Assembly: GCA_902524655.1 (NCBI GenBank) | Contig: CABZEG010000005.1 | Span: forward strand, 3,851-67,850 | DNA from: an uncultured Alphaproteobacteria bacterium | GTDB taxonomy: Bacteria > Pseudomonadota > Alphaproteobacteria > Rhodobacterales > Rhodobacteraceae | Length of the DNA: 64,000 nucleotides | Direction of reading: 5' to 3' | Shown here: in pieces, positions 1 through 9,598 of the stretch | Numbering within the stretch: the first letter of the stretch is position 1 | Layout of the letters: every line of letters begins with the position of its first letter | The notes under the pieces: generated by a model | Told to the model about the DNA's origin: nothing | Databases searched by the model: none | The model's input: only the letters and a program-made list of their open reading frames with translations | Made by a program: the position numbers and the translations under genes

Positions 1-920
1 GAGGGCTCTAACAATGAGATTTTGTTTTTATTTTCATTGATAACATTCAGATCAAAATTTCTAATTTCAACTATCTGATCCCATTTCTTCTCTATCATTT
101 CTTTCAAGTCACCATCAAATGAAAGAGTAGCTTTGTCCAGAACTGAAAATATCGGCTCAAGATTTGTTTTAAATAGAGGTAGCCAATGCTCTATTCCTTC
201 AAACAGAATTTTTTCTGAAATTTTATTATAAACTTTATCGTCCTTTGGTACTACTCCAATAGCTCTTCGGTAATTCTGCCTAAATATATTGACAGATTCC
301 TCATCCATTACCATCTCAGACACAGGCAATATATCAACAAGCTTAAGAGATCCATTTGACCTCTGGCTTGATGGATCAAAAGTGCGTATTTTTTCTAATT
401 TTTCCCCAAAGAAATCGAGCCTCACAGGATATTTTAAATCGGGAACGAAGACATCTAATATACCTCCCCTTAATGCAAATTCCCCTATTGAATATACATT
501 TGACTGTCTTGAATATCCAAGTTTTTCAAGCAACTTTATAAGGCTCACCAAGTTTACTTTTTGATTAATCTTTAGGAAAAAATTTTTTTTAAGAATGTCT
601 TGAATAGGAACAATTTTCTGAAGTACGCTATCAATCGATAACAAAAAAATTTTCCGGATTTCTCTTTGTCTTTCCAAAAGCCTAAGTGCGCTAAACCTTC
701 TAGCAATAATCTCTTTCCTAGGAGAAATATTACTGTAAGGCAAACAATCCCATGAGGGATATGTGACCACGTCAACATCCTTATTAAAAAATTTGATCAT
801 ATCTGAAAACTGTTTCAACTCTCCTTCGCGACCGAGAATATGTATATGGGTTAATATTTCGGAGTTTTCAAATATCTTTGATAAAGAAAAAGCTCGGAAT
901 TCCTTAGTATAATTTTCCAT
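1..920 (-). CDS. mfd: Transcription-repair coupling factor Mfd, N-terminal part (partial; continues past the window start)
   Basis: Absent from the ORF track because it is open at the window edge. Manual minus-strand translation from ATG (918-920) gives MENYTKEFRAFSLSKIFENSEILTHIHILGREGELKQFSDMIKFFNKDVDVVTYPSWDCLPYSNISPRKEIIARRFSALRLL...GEFALRGGILDVFVPDLKYPVRLDFFGEKLEKIRTFDPSSQRS, with no stop down to position 1. This pattern is typical of the Mfd/UvrB-homology N-terminus. Confidence 0.75.
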   Translation of the reverse strand, partial: MENYTKEFRAFSLSKIFENSEILTHIHILGREGELKQFSDMIKFFNKDVDVVTYPSWDCLPYSNISPRKEIIARRFSALRLLERQREIRKIFLLSIDSVLQKIVPIQDILKKNFFLKINQKVNLVSLIKLLEKLGYSRQSNVYSIGEFALRGGILDVFVPDLKYPVRLDFFGEKLEKIRTFDPSSQRSNGSLKLVDILPVSEMVMDEESVNIFRQNYRRAIGVVPKDDKVYNKISEKILFEGIEHWLPLFKTNLEPIFSVLDKATLSFDGDLKEMIEKKWDQIVEIRNFDLNVINENKNKISLLEP

Positions 921-1016
921 AATCTTTAATCCATCAATTTCTCTAACAAAGTTATTGCTGATTAAACGAATAAAAACTACAATTAATTATTATTTTTATT
1001 AGCGGCTAGGACCATC

Positions 1017-2015
1017 ATGGTATTAAGTAGCTTTCCGTATAGAAGAGGAAGAAGATTAAGACAGAATAAAGGTATTAGGCTCTTAGTGGAGGAAATGAGC
1101 TTAAGAAAATCTGATTTGATTTGCCCTATATTCTTAAGAGAGGGAAGCAATATTATAGAAAGTATTCCCTCTATGCCCGGAGTAAATAGGTATTCAATAG
1201 ATAAACTTATTCCTTATGTAGAAACGCTAATTAGCTCTGGGATATTAGCAGTATCTCTATTTCCATTAACACCCACTAGTAAAAAGTCATCTAATTGTCA
1301 GGAAGCATGGAATTCAGAAAACTTGGTAAATACTGCTACTAGGAAATTAAAAAAAAATTTTCCTGAACTTATTGTTATGCTTGATGTAGCGCTCGATCCT
1401 TATAATTCAGATGGCCATGATGGTCTTCTATTAGACGGGAAAATAAATAATGATGAAACCTTAGTAGCATTAGAAAGGCAAGCGTTGATTCAAGCAGAAG
1501 CTGGGGCAGATATACTGGGCCCTTCTGATATGATGGATGGAAGGATAAAAAAAATAAGAACTGCCCTGGAAGCTAATGGTTTTAGTGATACACTAATTAT
1601 GTCATACGCGGCAAAATTTGCCTCAGCTTTCTATGGACCATTCAGGGAAGCAGTTGGAGCACAAGGACTACTTAAAGGAGATAAAAAAACGTACCAAATT
1701 GATCCGCCTAATATAGAGGAGGCAATAAGGGAAGTTGGGGAAGATATCAACGAGGGGGCAGATATGGTCATGGTCAAGCCTGGAATGCCATACTTAGACG
1801 TTATATCAGAAGTTAAGCGAAGATTTAAATTTCCAACTTTTGCTTATCAAGTTTCAGGAGAATACTCCATGTTAATGGGGGCAATCGAGAACAATTGGCT
1901 TGACAGAAATAGCACAATAATTGAAAGCCTTACTAGCTTTAAAAGAGCTGGATGTGATGGTATTTTAACATATTTTGCACTTGACGCCGCTAAAATAATG
2001 GAGAAAGGTGGTTGA
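1017..2015 (+). CDS. hemB: Porphobilinogen synthase (delta-aminolevulinate dehydratase)
   Basis: 332-aa ORF with ALAD-family blocks: PGVNRYSID, MLDVALDPYNSDGHDG, GADMVMVKPGMPYLDVI, AYQVSGEYSM. Confidence 0.9.
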   Translation: MVLSSFPYRRGRRLRQNKGIRLLVEEMSLRKSDLICPIFLREGSNIIESIPSMPGVNRYSIDKLIPYVETLISSGILAVSLFPLTPTSKKSSNCQEAWNSENLVNTATRKLKKNFPELIVMLDVALDPYNSDGHDGLLLDGKINNDETLVALERQALIQAEAGADILGPSDMMDGRIKKIRTALEANGFSDTLIMSYAAKFASAFYGPFREAVGAQGLLKGDKKTYQIDPPNIEEAIREVGEDINEGADMVMVKPGMPYLDVISEVKRRFKFPTFAYQVSGEYSMLMGAIENNWLDRNSTIIESLTSFKRAGCDGILTYFALDAAKIMEKGG

Positions 2016-2023
2016 CTTTATAA

Positions 2024-2593
2024 ATGCTTTTGAGATCACTAAGAAAAAAGACACTCGCGGGGACTTTACTGATATTAATTACCATTTTTGTTCAATCGTG
2101 TCAGGGTATAGATAAAAGTAATAGTGGCAGCATTATCAATAGAGATGCAGAACTCGTATTACAAACTCTATTTGAGATCGATCCCGACACAATAAGCATA
2201 TACAAAAATGCGCCCGCAACTCTTATTATACCGAGAATTACAAAAGCAGGACTTGTCTTAGGAGGATCATATGGGGAGGGAGTATTAAGGATAAATGAAG
2301 CTCCAGTTGATTATTACTCATTGGCATCTGCTTCATATGGCTTACAGATAGGAGCTCAACAATATTCCAATATTATTTTTTTTATGACAGAAGAAGCGTT
2401 GCAGAAGTTCAGAGTTAAAGATGGTTGGGAACTAGGAGCTGATGCGGAAGTTGTTTTTAAAGATAAAGGCTACTCGATAGGAGTTAGCTCAAAAACGATT
2501 TCTAGTCCAATCTATGCTGTAGTTTTTGATCAAAAAGGTCTGTTAGCAGGAACCTCATTAGTAGGGGCCAAGTTTTCAAGATTAATTAGATGA
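2024..2593 (+). CDS. Lipoprotein with SYLF (Ysc84-like, DUF500) lipid-binding domain
   Basis: Has a signal peptide with lipobox (IFVQSC). The GLVLGGSYGEGVL...ASASYGLQIGAQ...WELGADAEV...GLLAGTSLVGAKF pattern resembles the SYLF domain. Confidence 0.55.
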   Translation: MLLRSLRKKTLAGTLLILITIFVQSCQGIDKSNSGSIINRDAELVLQTLFEIDPDTISIYKNAPATLIIPRITKAGLVLGGSYGEGVLRINEAPVDYYSLASASYGLQIGAQQYSNIIFFMTEEALQKFRVKDGWELGADAEVVFKDKGYSIGVSSKTISSPIYAVVFDQKGLLAGTSLVGAKFSRLIR

Positions 2594-2594
2594 T

Positions 2595-3461
2595 TTATTT
2601 ATCAAACCTCAGTAATAGGCTAGAGGTATCATATTTTGCTCCACCTTGTCCTTGAACTTCTGCGTAGAATTGATTGACAATTGAAGTTATTGGCAATGAT
2701 ATATTATTATTGCTTGCGTGAGCAAGACATATTCCAAGGTCTTTTCTCATAAGTTTTACAGCAAAACCAAAATCAAATTTACGGTCAACCATAGTCTCTC
2801 CTCTATTGCTGAGCTGCCAACTACCCGCTGCACCTTGAGAAATCGCGCTCAGCACCTTCTTGGTATCCAACCCACTTTTTTCCGAAAATGATATTCCTTC
2901 AGACAGAGCTTGGATAAGCCCAGCAATGCAAATTTGGTTAACCATTTTGGCTATTTGTCCTTTTCCTGGACCCCCAATTAAAGTGATATTTTTTGCATAC
3001 GTTGCGATAATTGATTTTATCTTATCAAAACTTGAGATTTCTCCACCAATCATCACGGAAAGCTCTCCTTTTATAGCACCAACTTCTCCTCCCGAGACGG
3101 GAGCATCTAAAAACTGAATATTGTAAGCTTTAGCTTTCTCAAAAAGCTCAATTGCAATATCAGAAGACGTAGTAGTATGATCGACAAATAGGCTTCCAGC
3201 TTTCATAGCTGAAAAAGCTTTATCCGGTCCAATAGTAATTTCTCTTAAGTCTGCGTCATTGCCAACACAACTAAAAACTATATCGCTATCTTTAACAGCA
3301 TCCTTCACTGAGGTAGCAAAACTTCCGCCGTGCAATTTAACCCACATTTTTGATTTTTTCTCTGTTCTATTAAAAACCATGACGTCATAACCCTCTTTTG
3401 AGAGATGTCCTGCCATTGGGAAGCCCATTACCCCTAATCCAATAAAGGTTATTTTTTTCAT
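2595..3461 (-). CDS. NAD(P)-dependent oxidoreductase, 3-hydroxyisobutyrate dehydrogenase/GarR family
   Basis: N-terminal Rossmann motif KITFIGLGVMGFPMAGHL, with a 6-phosphogluconate-dehydrogenase-like C-terminal half (GKGQIAKMVNQI). Confidence 0.8.
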   Translation of the reverse strand: MKKITFIGLGVMGFPMAGHLSKEGYDVMVFNRTEKKSKMWVKLHGGSFATSVKDAVKDSDIVFSCVGNDADLREITIGPDKAFSAMKAGSLFVDHTTTSSDIAIELFEKAKAYNIQFLDAPVSGGEVGAIKGELSVMIGGEISSFDKIKSIIATYAKNITLIGGPGKGQIAKMVNQICIAGLIQALSEGISFSEKSGLDTKKVLSAISQGAAGSWQLSNRGETMVDRKFDFGFAVKLMRKDLGICLAHASNNNISLPITSIVNQFYAEVQGQGGAKYDTSSLLLRFDK

Positions 3462-3512
3462 AACTTAATCCTAAATAATTTAACAATCCGTGTAGTATAA
3501 TATAATCTGGTT

Positions 3513-5990
3513 TTGAAAAAAGTTGATATAATGAAAATAATCATAAAAGCGCTGCCTTATTTTTTATTGGTATTAATCTTAACTTCTATTCTAATTATAG
3601 GATTTTTCTTTTATCTAAGTTATCAGTCCCTACCAAACTACAGTAAGACGTTGTTTTCTTCTGATATAACCTCAAAGATACTAATAAAAACGGACCTACA
3701 CGCAGTTCCGCATGTCACAGGATACAGCGACGAAGAAACGTTTTTCGGATTAGGTTATGTTCATGCACAAGAACGACTTTGGCAAATGACATATCTCAAA
3801 CGTCTATCCCAGGGCCGAATATCTGAAATTAATGGCCCTGATACAGTACTGCTAGACTCATTCATGAAATCTTTGGGTCTACAAAAACTGGCTAAACAGA
3901 TATTTCAAAATTTACCTACAGACTTAAAGAAAATTTTATCATTTTATTCAAAGGGAGTTAATCTAAGATTGAAAGAAATTGAGGTTCAAGGGTTAGGGCG
4001 TGGATCTCCTGAGTTTTTTTTTATTTCACCAAAGGTGACTCCATGGAGCCCGATAGACAGTTTGGCTATATTCAAACTTGTTGAATTTATGTCTTCAAAC
4101 AAGGCTTTGATGGAAATAGAACTCACATCTTTAGTTTTTTCTAAAATCGATGAAGGCAAGCTTGATCATCTAATAAAAGATTCAACCTATTTACGTTCCA
4201 AACTAAATGAAGTTGATGCTAAATTAAAAGAACAAAAACTTAACAGACATAGAGAACAATTTTTCGATGATAATAGTAACTTTTTTGCACCCCAGCACGC
4301 AGGATTTTATTCAAACGTGTTAGCAGCAGATGGTAGCAGGACAGCTTCAAAAAAATCTTTATTATTAGCAAATTTATTCCTACCTCTGACTTCACCATCA
4401 CTATGGATGCTAGCCCATCTTGATCTTAAAGAAACCTCAGTAGTAGGCGCAACAATTCCAGGTGTGCCAGTTATATTTTCTGGAAAGAATGACAAATTAG
4501 CATGGGGAGCTTCATTTTCATTTGCAGATGACCAGGACCTATATTTTGAAAAATTGAACCCAGAAAATAAAAATGAGTACCTTTCGCCTTCAGGTTATAA
4601 AAAGTTTTCTACTAAAAAAAAATTAATTAAAGTCAAAAATAGCGCTACGGTAAGGTTCCCAGTTAGACAAACTGACACTCGAGTAATCATTCCTCATGAA
4701 CTATATAAAATGGAAAAAATTGTTCCAAATGGATTTTTGGTTTCTTTGGCTTGGACCGGATTTAAAGAAAACGATAAGACATTGGAAACTTTTATACGCT
4801 TAATGTCTGCTAAAAACATTGCTGAATTTAAAGCTGATATGTCTTCAAACAATAGCTTCAATTTGATTCTAGTTATTGCAGATGAAAAGGAGGTCAAATC
4901 AGTTCTTATCGGAAATGTACCTAAAAGAAAAAAAGAACATGAGACGAAAGGACAGATAGTTACACCTGGATGGAAAATTGAAAATCAATGGGGTTTCAAT
5001 GTAACAGAAAAAAATCAGTATGTTTTTAATGACAACAAGGGGTTCGCTTTAAATACCAATAATAGATTTTCAGAAAAAGCATTCCCAAATCATGTAAGTT
5101 TTAATTGGGGTGATGACCAGAGACTACTAAGAGCAACGAAAATGATCAATAATAGGGAGTTCCATAGTTTAGAAAGTTTCAAAGAACTGCAGAATGATTT
5201 TATTTCAGAGCCAGCTCGTACGTTGTTACCACTAATGGGCAAAGAACTCTGGTTTCAATATGACTATAATGATCCAGATGACATAAATTCAATAAAGAGT
5301 CGCAGTTTAGAACTTTTGACCAATTGGAACGGTGATATGATGACTGGTTCACCAGAGCCACTTATTTATTCAACTTGGGTTGAAACTTTTAAAGAAATGC
5401 TTCTTGAAGATGAATTAAATTTTAATTCTTTTTCGGCCGACATATTCAGTCCTTTGTTTTTAGAAAAAGTACTGAGAGATTATGAAAATGCGGGAACTTG
5501 GTGCGACATAAAACATTCTAATAAAATTGAAACATGTACAGAATTATCTAAAAAATCACTTACAAAAAGCCTTCGAGAATTAAAGGACCAATATGGATCA
5601 GATATTGAAAAATGGAGATGGGGCAAAAACGTCACGATAAAACATCCTCGGTTTTCAGTAGACGGCATCCTTATACCAAAGTTTTTACAAGAAATAACTA
5701 ATGAAGTTCCAGGAAATACCCATACATTAAATTCAACAAAGTTAATTGACATATCTAATAATAAGGTAGCAAAAGCTAGCTCGTTTAAGATGATAATTGA
5801 CTTTTCGGCCCCAAGTAAAAATATGTTTATTCTTTCTTCCGGGCAAAGTGGCCACTTAATCTCCAAACACTATGATGATCAAACAAGCCTTTGGAGAAAC
5901 GGTAATTATCTGTATTTATCTGGTACTAAAGGTTTAGTTTTAGGAGGATCAAAAGGCGAAACAGAAATCTACCCAATATCATCCGAATAG
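3513..5990 (+). CDS. Penicillin/acyl-homoserine-lactone acylase family (Ntn hydrolase), membrane anchored
   Basis: 825-aa ORF with an N-terminal TM helix. It carries family blocks (GYSDEETFFGLGYVHAQERLWQM; candidate beta-chain nucleophile at YSNVLAADG; C-terminal SSGQSGHLISKHYDDQ). The start may be the ATG at 3531. Confidence 0.8.
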   Translation: MKKVDIMKIIIKALPYFLLVLILTSILIIGFFFYLSYQSLPNYSKTLFSSDITSKILIKTDLHAVPHVTGYSDEETFFGLGYVHAQERLWQMTYLKRLSQGRISEINGPDTVLLDSFMKSLGLQKLAKQIFQNLPTDLKKILSFYSKGVNLRLKEIEVQGLGRGSPEFFFISPKVTPWSPIDSLAIFKLVEFMSSNKALMEIELTSLVFSKIDEGKLDHLIKDSTYLRSKLNEVDAKLKEQKLNRHREQFFDDNSNFFAPQHAGFYSNVLAADGSRTASKKSLLLANLFLPLTSPSLWMLAHLDLKETSVVGATIPGVPVIFSGKNDKLAWGASFSFADDQDLYFEKLNPENKNEYLSPSGYKKFSTKKKLIKVKNSATVRFPVRQTDTRVIIPHELYKMEKIVPNGFLVSLAWTGFKENDKTLETFIRLMSAKNIAEFKADMSSNNSFNLILVIADEKEVKSVLIGNVPKRKKEHETKGQIVTPGWKIENQWGFNVTEKNQYVFNDNKGFALNTNNRFSEKAFPNHVSFNWGDDQRLLRATKMINNREFHSLESFKELQNDFISEPARTLLPLMGKELWFQYDYNDPDDINSIKSRSLELLTNWNGDMMTGSPEPLIYSTWVETFKEMLLEDELNFNSFSADIFSPLFLEKVLRDYENAGTWCDIKHSNKIETCTELSKKSLTKSLRELKDQYGSDIEKWRWGKNVTIKHPRFSVDGILIPKFLQEITNEVPGNTHTLNSTKLIDISNNKVAKASSFKMIIDFSAPSKNMFILSSGQSGHLISKHYDDQTSLWRNGNYLYLSGTKGLVLGGSKGETEIYPISSE

Positions 5991-7214
5991 CTTTTTACAT
6001 TTTTTCAAAGATTGTATGAGGGTATCTATTTCTTGTTCCGTATTATACAAAGCGAGGCTTGCTCTACAAGTCGCTGGCACCCCAATAAAATTCATTAAAG
6101 GTTGAGCACAATGGTGGCCAGACCTTACCGCAACTCCATTTGCATCTAATATCGTAGCTATATCATGAGCGTGAGCACTTCCTTCCATAGAGAAGGAAAA
6201 AATAGCTACATTATCTTTGTGAAAACAATGTTTAACTAACCAGTCTAGCTTATCTAACTCTGTTCTTGCATACTCTGAAATCGCCATTTCATATTTTAAA
6301 ACGGCCTGTCTGTCTAAATCTTGGACGAAGTCTAACGCTGCACCAAGTCCAATAACTTCAGCGATTCCTGGGGTTCCTGCTTCAAATATAAAGGGTGATT
6401 GGTTATACGTTACATTTTCTTTTGAAACATTCTTTATCATCTCTCCACCGCCAATAAATGGAATCATTTCAGCTATTCTCTTTTTATTAACGTAAAGCAC
6501 ACCAGTTCCAGTTGGTCCATAAAGTTTGTGGCCTGTAAATGTATAAAAATCACACCCGATAGCTGCCACATCAATTTCTAAATGAACAACCGCTTGAGAT
6601 CCGTCTAGTACTGTTATAATACCTCTTTCCGCGCACTCTTTACAAATTTTCTTTACATCAAGTATTGAGCCAAACACATTAGACATATGCGTTATACATA
6701 TCATTTTAGTTTTTGAAGAAATTTTTGGCTCTATCATATCAAACGATATTTGACCCTTCTCATCCGGATCAACCCAAACTAGTTTTACACCTTTTCTAGA
6801 TCTTAAAAAATGCCACGGAACAATATTGGCATGATGCTCTAATGTAGATATGATAATTTCATCTCCTGACTTGAGGTTTTGATTAGCCCAACCATATGAA
6901 ACCAGATTTAATGCTTCGGTGGAGCCCGAAGTAAATATAATTTCCTCATGAGAAGTAGCTCCTAAAAATTTAACAGCCTTGTCCCTTACTGCCTCATATT
7001 TCTCAGTGGCAATATTCGACAAATAATGCAGCCCTCGATGAACATTTGCATATTCATTTTTATAACAGTTTTTTACGGTTTCTATTACTGAAATAGGCTT
7101 CTGAGAGGATGCCCCATTATCTAGGTAAACTAGAGGTTTATCATTTACCTTTTTAGAAAGTATCGGAAATTCTTTCCTAAATTCTACCACGTCAAACATT
7201 CGGCAAATCACCAA
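5979..7214 (-). CDS. sufS: Cysteine desulfurase SufS (class V aminotransferase)
   Basis: Motifs FRKEFPIL, YLDNGASSQKP, TGHKLYGPTGTGVLY (PLP lysine) and RSGHHCAQP (catalytic Cys loop). It is the last gene of the suf operon. The likely start is MFDVVEF at 7199. Confidence 0.88.
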   Translation of the reverse strand: MVICRMFDVVEFRKEFPILSKKVNDKPLVYLDNGASSQKPISVIETVKNCYKNEYANVHRGLHYLSNIATEKYEAVRDKAVKFLGATSHEEIIFTSGSTEALNLVSYGWANQNLKSGDEIIISTLEHHANIVPWHFLRSRKGVKLVWVDPDEKGQISFDMIEPKISSKTKMICITHMSNVFGSILDVKKICKECAERGIITVLDGSQAVVHLEIDVAAIGCDFYTFTGHKLYGPTGTGVLYVNKKRIAEMIPFIGGGEMIKNVSKENVTYNQSPFIFEAGTPGIAEVIGLGAALDFVQDLDRQAVLKYEMAISEYARTELDKLDWLVKHCFHKDNVAIFSFSMEGSAHAHDIATILDANGVAVRSGHHCAQPLMNFIGVPATCRASLALYNTEQEIDTLIQSLKKCKKLFG

Positions 7215-7803
7215 CTAATAAAAATTGCATAATAGATATATATATCATAAATAGAAAGCCCATGGTTAGTGAGACAGTTATGGCTCCCAGAAAAGCAGTT
7301 AATAACACGCTCTTAAAGCTATATAGTATTGACACTACAGAAGACAATGCCCATATAAACCACAACACCTCAAAGAACCTAAAGATATAGTATAAATCAA
7401 ATGAAATAAATAGAAAAACTAACTGAATAAATTTAAAGAAAAAGGTTGCTAGAAATATAAATAGGACGTTTTTTCCTAACTCTTCTATACTTACCTTTTT
7501 ATTGGAAAAGTTACTAAAAAATAAAATAGAGACTATCACAGTTATTATAAAAATTAATTCAAAGGCGAACATACTAAAGGGATTGAAGATAAACGATAAT
7601 GAGTTATTTTCAAGTAATTTTGAGGCATTCTCAGATGACTTAAAGAATAGCCTTTCTAACAAGGAGTTTAAGAGAGAGGTTATGGCTGCGATAAAAACAG
7701 CGCCCTCTAGTACAGAACTTAGTTTTAATTTTATTGGGCTTAATGCATCTGGCAAATTTACCGGCCTTCTGAGAGCTATCTTGAGTGTATGTTTCAAGTC
7801 CAT
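7192..7803 (-). CDS. Polytopic membrane protein, Yip1/DUF1282-like (tentative), inside the suf operon
   Basis: 203 aa with about 5 hydrophobic helices. It is co-oriented with and overlaps or abuts sufS and the upstream paralog-like gene. The Yip1 call comes from pattern recall only. Confidence 0.5.
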   Translation of the reverse strand: MDLKHTLKIALRRPVNLPDALSPIKLKLSSVLEGAVFIAAITSLLNSLLERLFFKSSENASKLLENNSLSFIFNPFSMFAFELIFIITVIVSILFFSNFSNKKVSIEELGKNVLFIFLATFFFKFIQLVFLFISFDLYYIFRFFEVLWFIWALSSVVSILYSFKSVLLTAFLGAITVSLTMGFLFMIYISIMQFLLVGDLPNV

Positions 7804-7809
7804 TAGCTT

Positions 7810-8412
7810 TCAAGTTCCTGAGCTAAAATTTATAAGAACAACGGGTACAAAATACAAACTGGTCATAATCAAAGTGAAAAGGTTTCTATCCTTAAAATTT
7901 GAAACAAAACTAACAATTCGCGAGAAAATATACACTATAATTAGCTCTGAGAGAATGACAAGCACAAGCTCTATAGCTCCAGTTGTGAATATTTTTGCAA
8001 TGCTTGCAACTAGAATTACTAAAGTTGATAAAGAAAGAGACCAAAATAAAGCTAATCTAGTTTGAAAACCCGAGGAAACAGATCCAAACATTTTCAATAT
8101 CAAGTGAAGAATAAAGCCCAAAAGATACATAAATATAGGAAGAAAAAAAAGGTAGGAGACGACAACAGCTGTTATAACAGATAGGTAAGGATCCTCCTGA
8201 ACTTGACCGGTTACTTCTATTAATTGTGACAGTAGCAGCATTAAACAAGTAAAATACAAAAGGGGTAGCAATTGGCTTTCTTTATCGCGTAGTTCAAATT
8301 GCTGATCAATAGAAGCATCAAGGTCACTGAATGCTGAGATTATAGCTGTAAAGAACCCTTTGTTAATTTTTAACTGTTTATTCATGAAAATAGCTTGAGG
8401 TCCAAACATCAA
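7810..8412 (-). CDS. Polytopic membrane protein, Yip1/DUF1282-like (tentative), inside the suf operon
   Basis: 200 aa with about 5 TM helices. The segment HLILKMFGSVSSGFQTRLALFWSLSLSTLV resembles the Yip1-domain core. An alternative start, MNKQLKI at 8385, lies just after the sufD stop. Confidence 0.5.
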   Translation of the reverse strand: MMFGPQAIFMNKQLKINKGFFTAIISAFSDLDASIDQQFELRDKESQLLPLLYFTCLMLLLSQLIEVTGQVQEDPYLSVITAVVVSYLFFLPIFMYLLGFILHLILKMFGSVSSGFQTRLALFWSLSLSTLVILVASIAKIFTTGAIELVLVILSELIIVYIFSRIVSFVSNFKDRNLFTLIMTSLYFVPVVLINFSSGT

Positions 8413-9598
8413 TATAGTTACTCAGCTCTGATTTAATACTTTCATCTTCAATCTCATCTAAGGCCTCCGAAATAAACGCGGTTATTAGCATTTCTTTAGC
8501 TTTATTCCTATGTACACCTCTACTCAGTAAATAAAATAGGCTTTCTCTATCTAGGGAACTGGACGTCGATCCATGAGAGCAAATTACATCATCAGCATAA
8601 ATCTCGAGTTCTGGCTTACATAAAAACTTAGAGTTTTCGTTAAGCAAAAGAGACCTACTAGATTGATAGCCGTCGGTCTTTTGTGCTTCGGGCGCAACAT
8701 AGATTTTACCTCGTACTATTGAAGTGCTATCATTTTCTAATACTGATTTAAAAACTTGCCTACTTTTACATTCAAAAGCATTATGATTTATTAACACATT
8801 TTCGTCACTAAAATGATGTTTTTTATTTATTAGACTGACGTTCGCAATTGAAGTGTTTATACCTGGTCCATTTAGATGCAATTCAATCTCATTTCTTGTA
8901 GACTTAGTATTTAATCTCAGTCCAAAGTGATTAAAGGTTGATTTTTCAGCCATGTCACAAAATTTATGAGAAATTTTAGGAAAAATATTATTTTCTCCAG
9001 TTAAATCTAAATAATTTAACTTAGCATTTTCATCTAAGTAAATTTCGGTTACTGAATTGAAAACAGATAGATTATTTCCTGTTTCTATAATTGTAGCTTC
9101 TACACCTTTTTTAACAATAATTAGGTTTCTTTGGAAGCAATTGAGTATAGACTTATTAGTTTTATTATGTATTACAAGCGGCTTTTTAGAACTCTCTGAC
9201 AAACTGAGAGCATAACCAACTTTGGGATTGAGGCTATTATCTCTGGCCAAAGGTCTAGGAACAAGTTTTTGGGACTTTTCTTCAAGCTTACCAAAATAGT
9301 TTTTTGTGAAGGAATCTTCATCAGCAATTTCGTCCATAATGCTTGAAATTTTATAGCTTTTGTCACTAGCTAATTCCATGATATCACCATCAATAGTCAG
9401 TTCAGGTTCATGTATATAGGTTCCTTTCAGATTAATTAGGTCCGTTTCAGAAATTTCTTGAACAAGATCTGAAACTATATCCAAGTTACTTTTTCTCCAA
9501 TATTCGGATCTACGATTGACTTTCTCAATTCTTGCACCGTCACGTTTTAATTCTCGACTTAAAGAATCATACCAACGACTTGTATTTGCATTGATCAA
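8378..9598 (-). CDS. sufD: Fe-S cluster assembly protein SufD
   Basis: C-terminal block KPELEIYADDVICSHGSTSSSLDRESLFYLLSRGV. It overlaps the sufC stop by 4 nt. Confidence 0.88.
   Translation of the reverse strand: MINANTSRWYDSLSRELKRDGARIEKVNRRSEYWRKSNLDIVSDLVQEISETDLINLKGTYIHEPELTIDGDIMELASDKSYKISSIMDEIADEDSFTKNYFGKLEEKSQKLVPRPLARDNSLNPKVGYALSLSESSKKPLVIHNKTNKSILNCFQRNLIIVKKGVEATIIETGNNLSVFNSVTEIYLDENAKLNYLDLTGENNIFPKISHKFCDMAEKSTFNHFGLRLNTKSTRNEIELHLNGPGINTSIANVSLINKKHHFSDENVLINHNAFECKSRQVFKSVLENDSTSIVRGKIYVAPEAQKTDGYQSSRSLLLNENSKFLCKPELEIYADDVICSHGSTSSSLDRESLFYLLSRGVHRNKAKEMLITAFISEALDEIEDESIKSELSNYIDVWTSSYFHE

Noticed and set aside
289-778. Track ORFs 289-564(+), 356-541(+) and 572-778(-)
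   Set aside because: All lie inside or out of frame with the continuous mfd reading frame that I translated manually on the minus strand.
7502-8065. 187-aa plus-strand ORF opposite the two suf-embedded membrane genes
   Set aside because: The minus-strand ORFs have regular TM-helix periodicity and fit the operon frame, overlapping sufD and sufS. The plus-strand product is Lys/Ser/Ile-rich with no structure signal. The rejection is not absolute, as noted in the corresponding finding.
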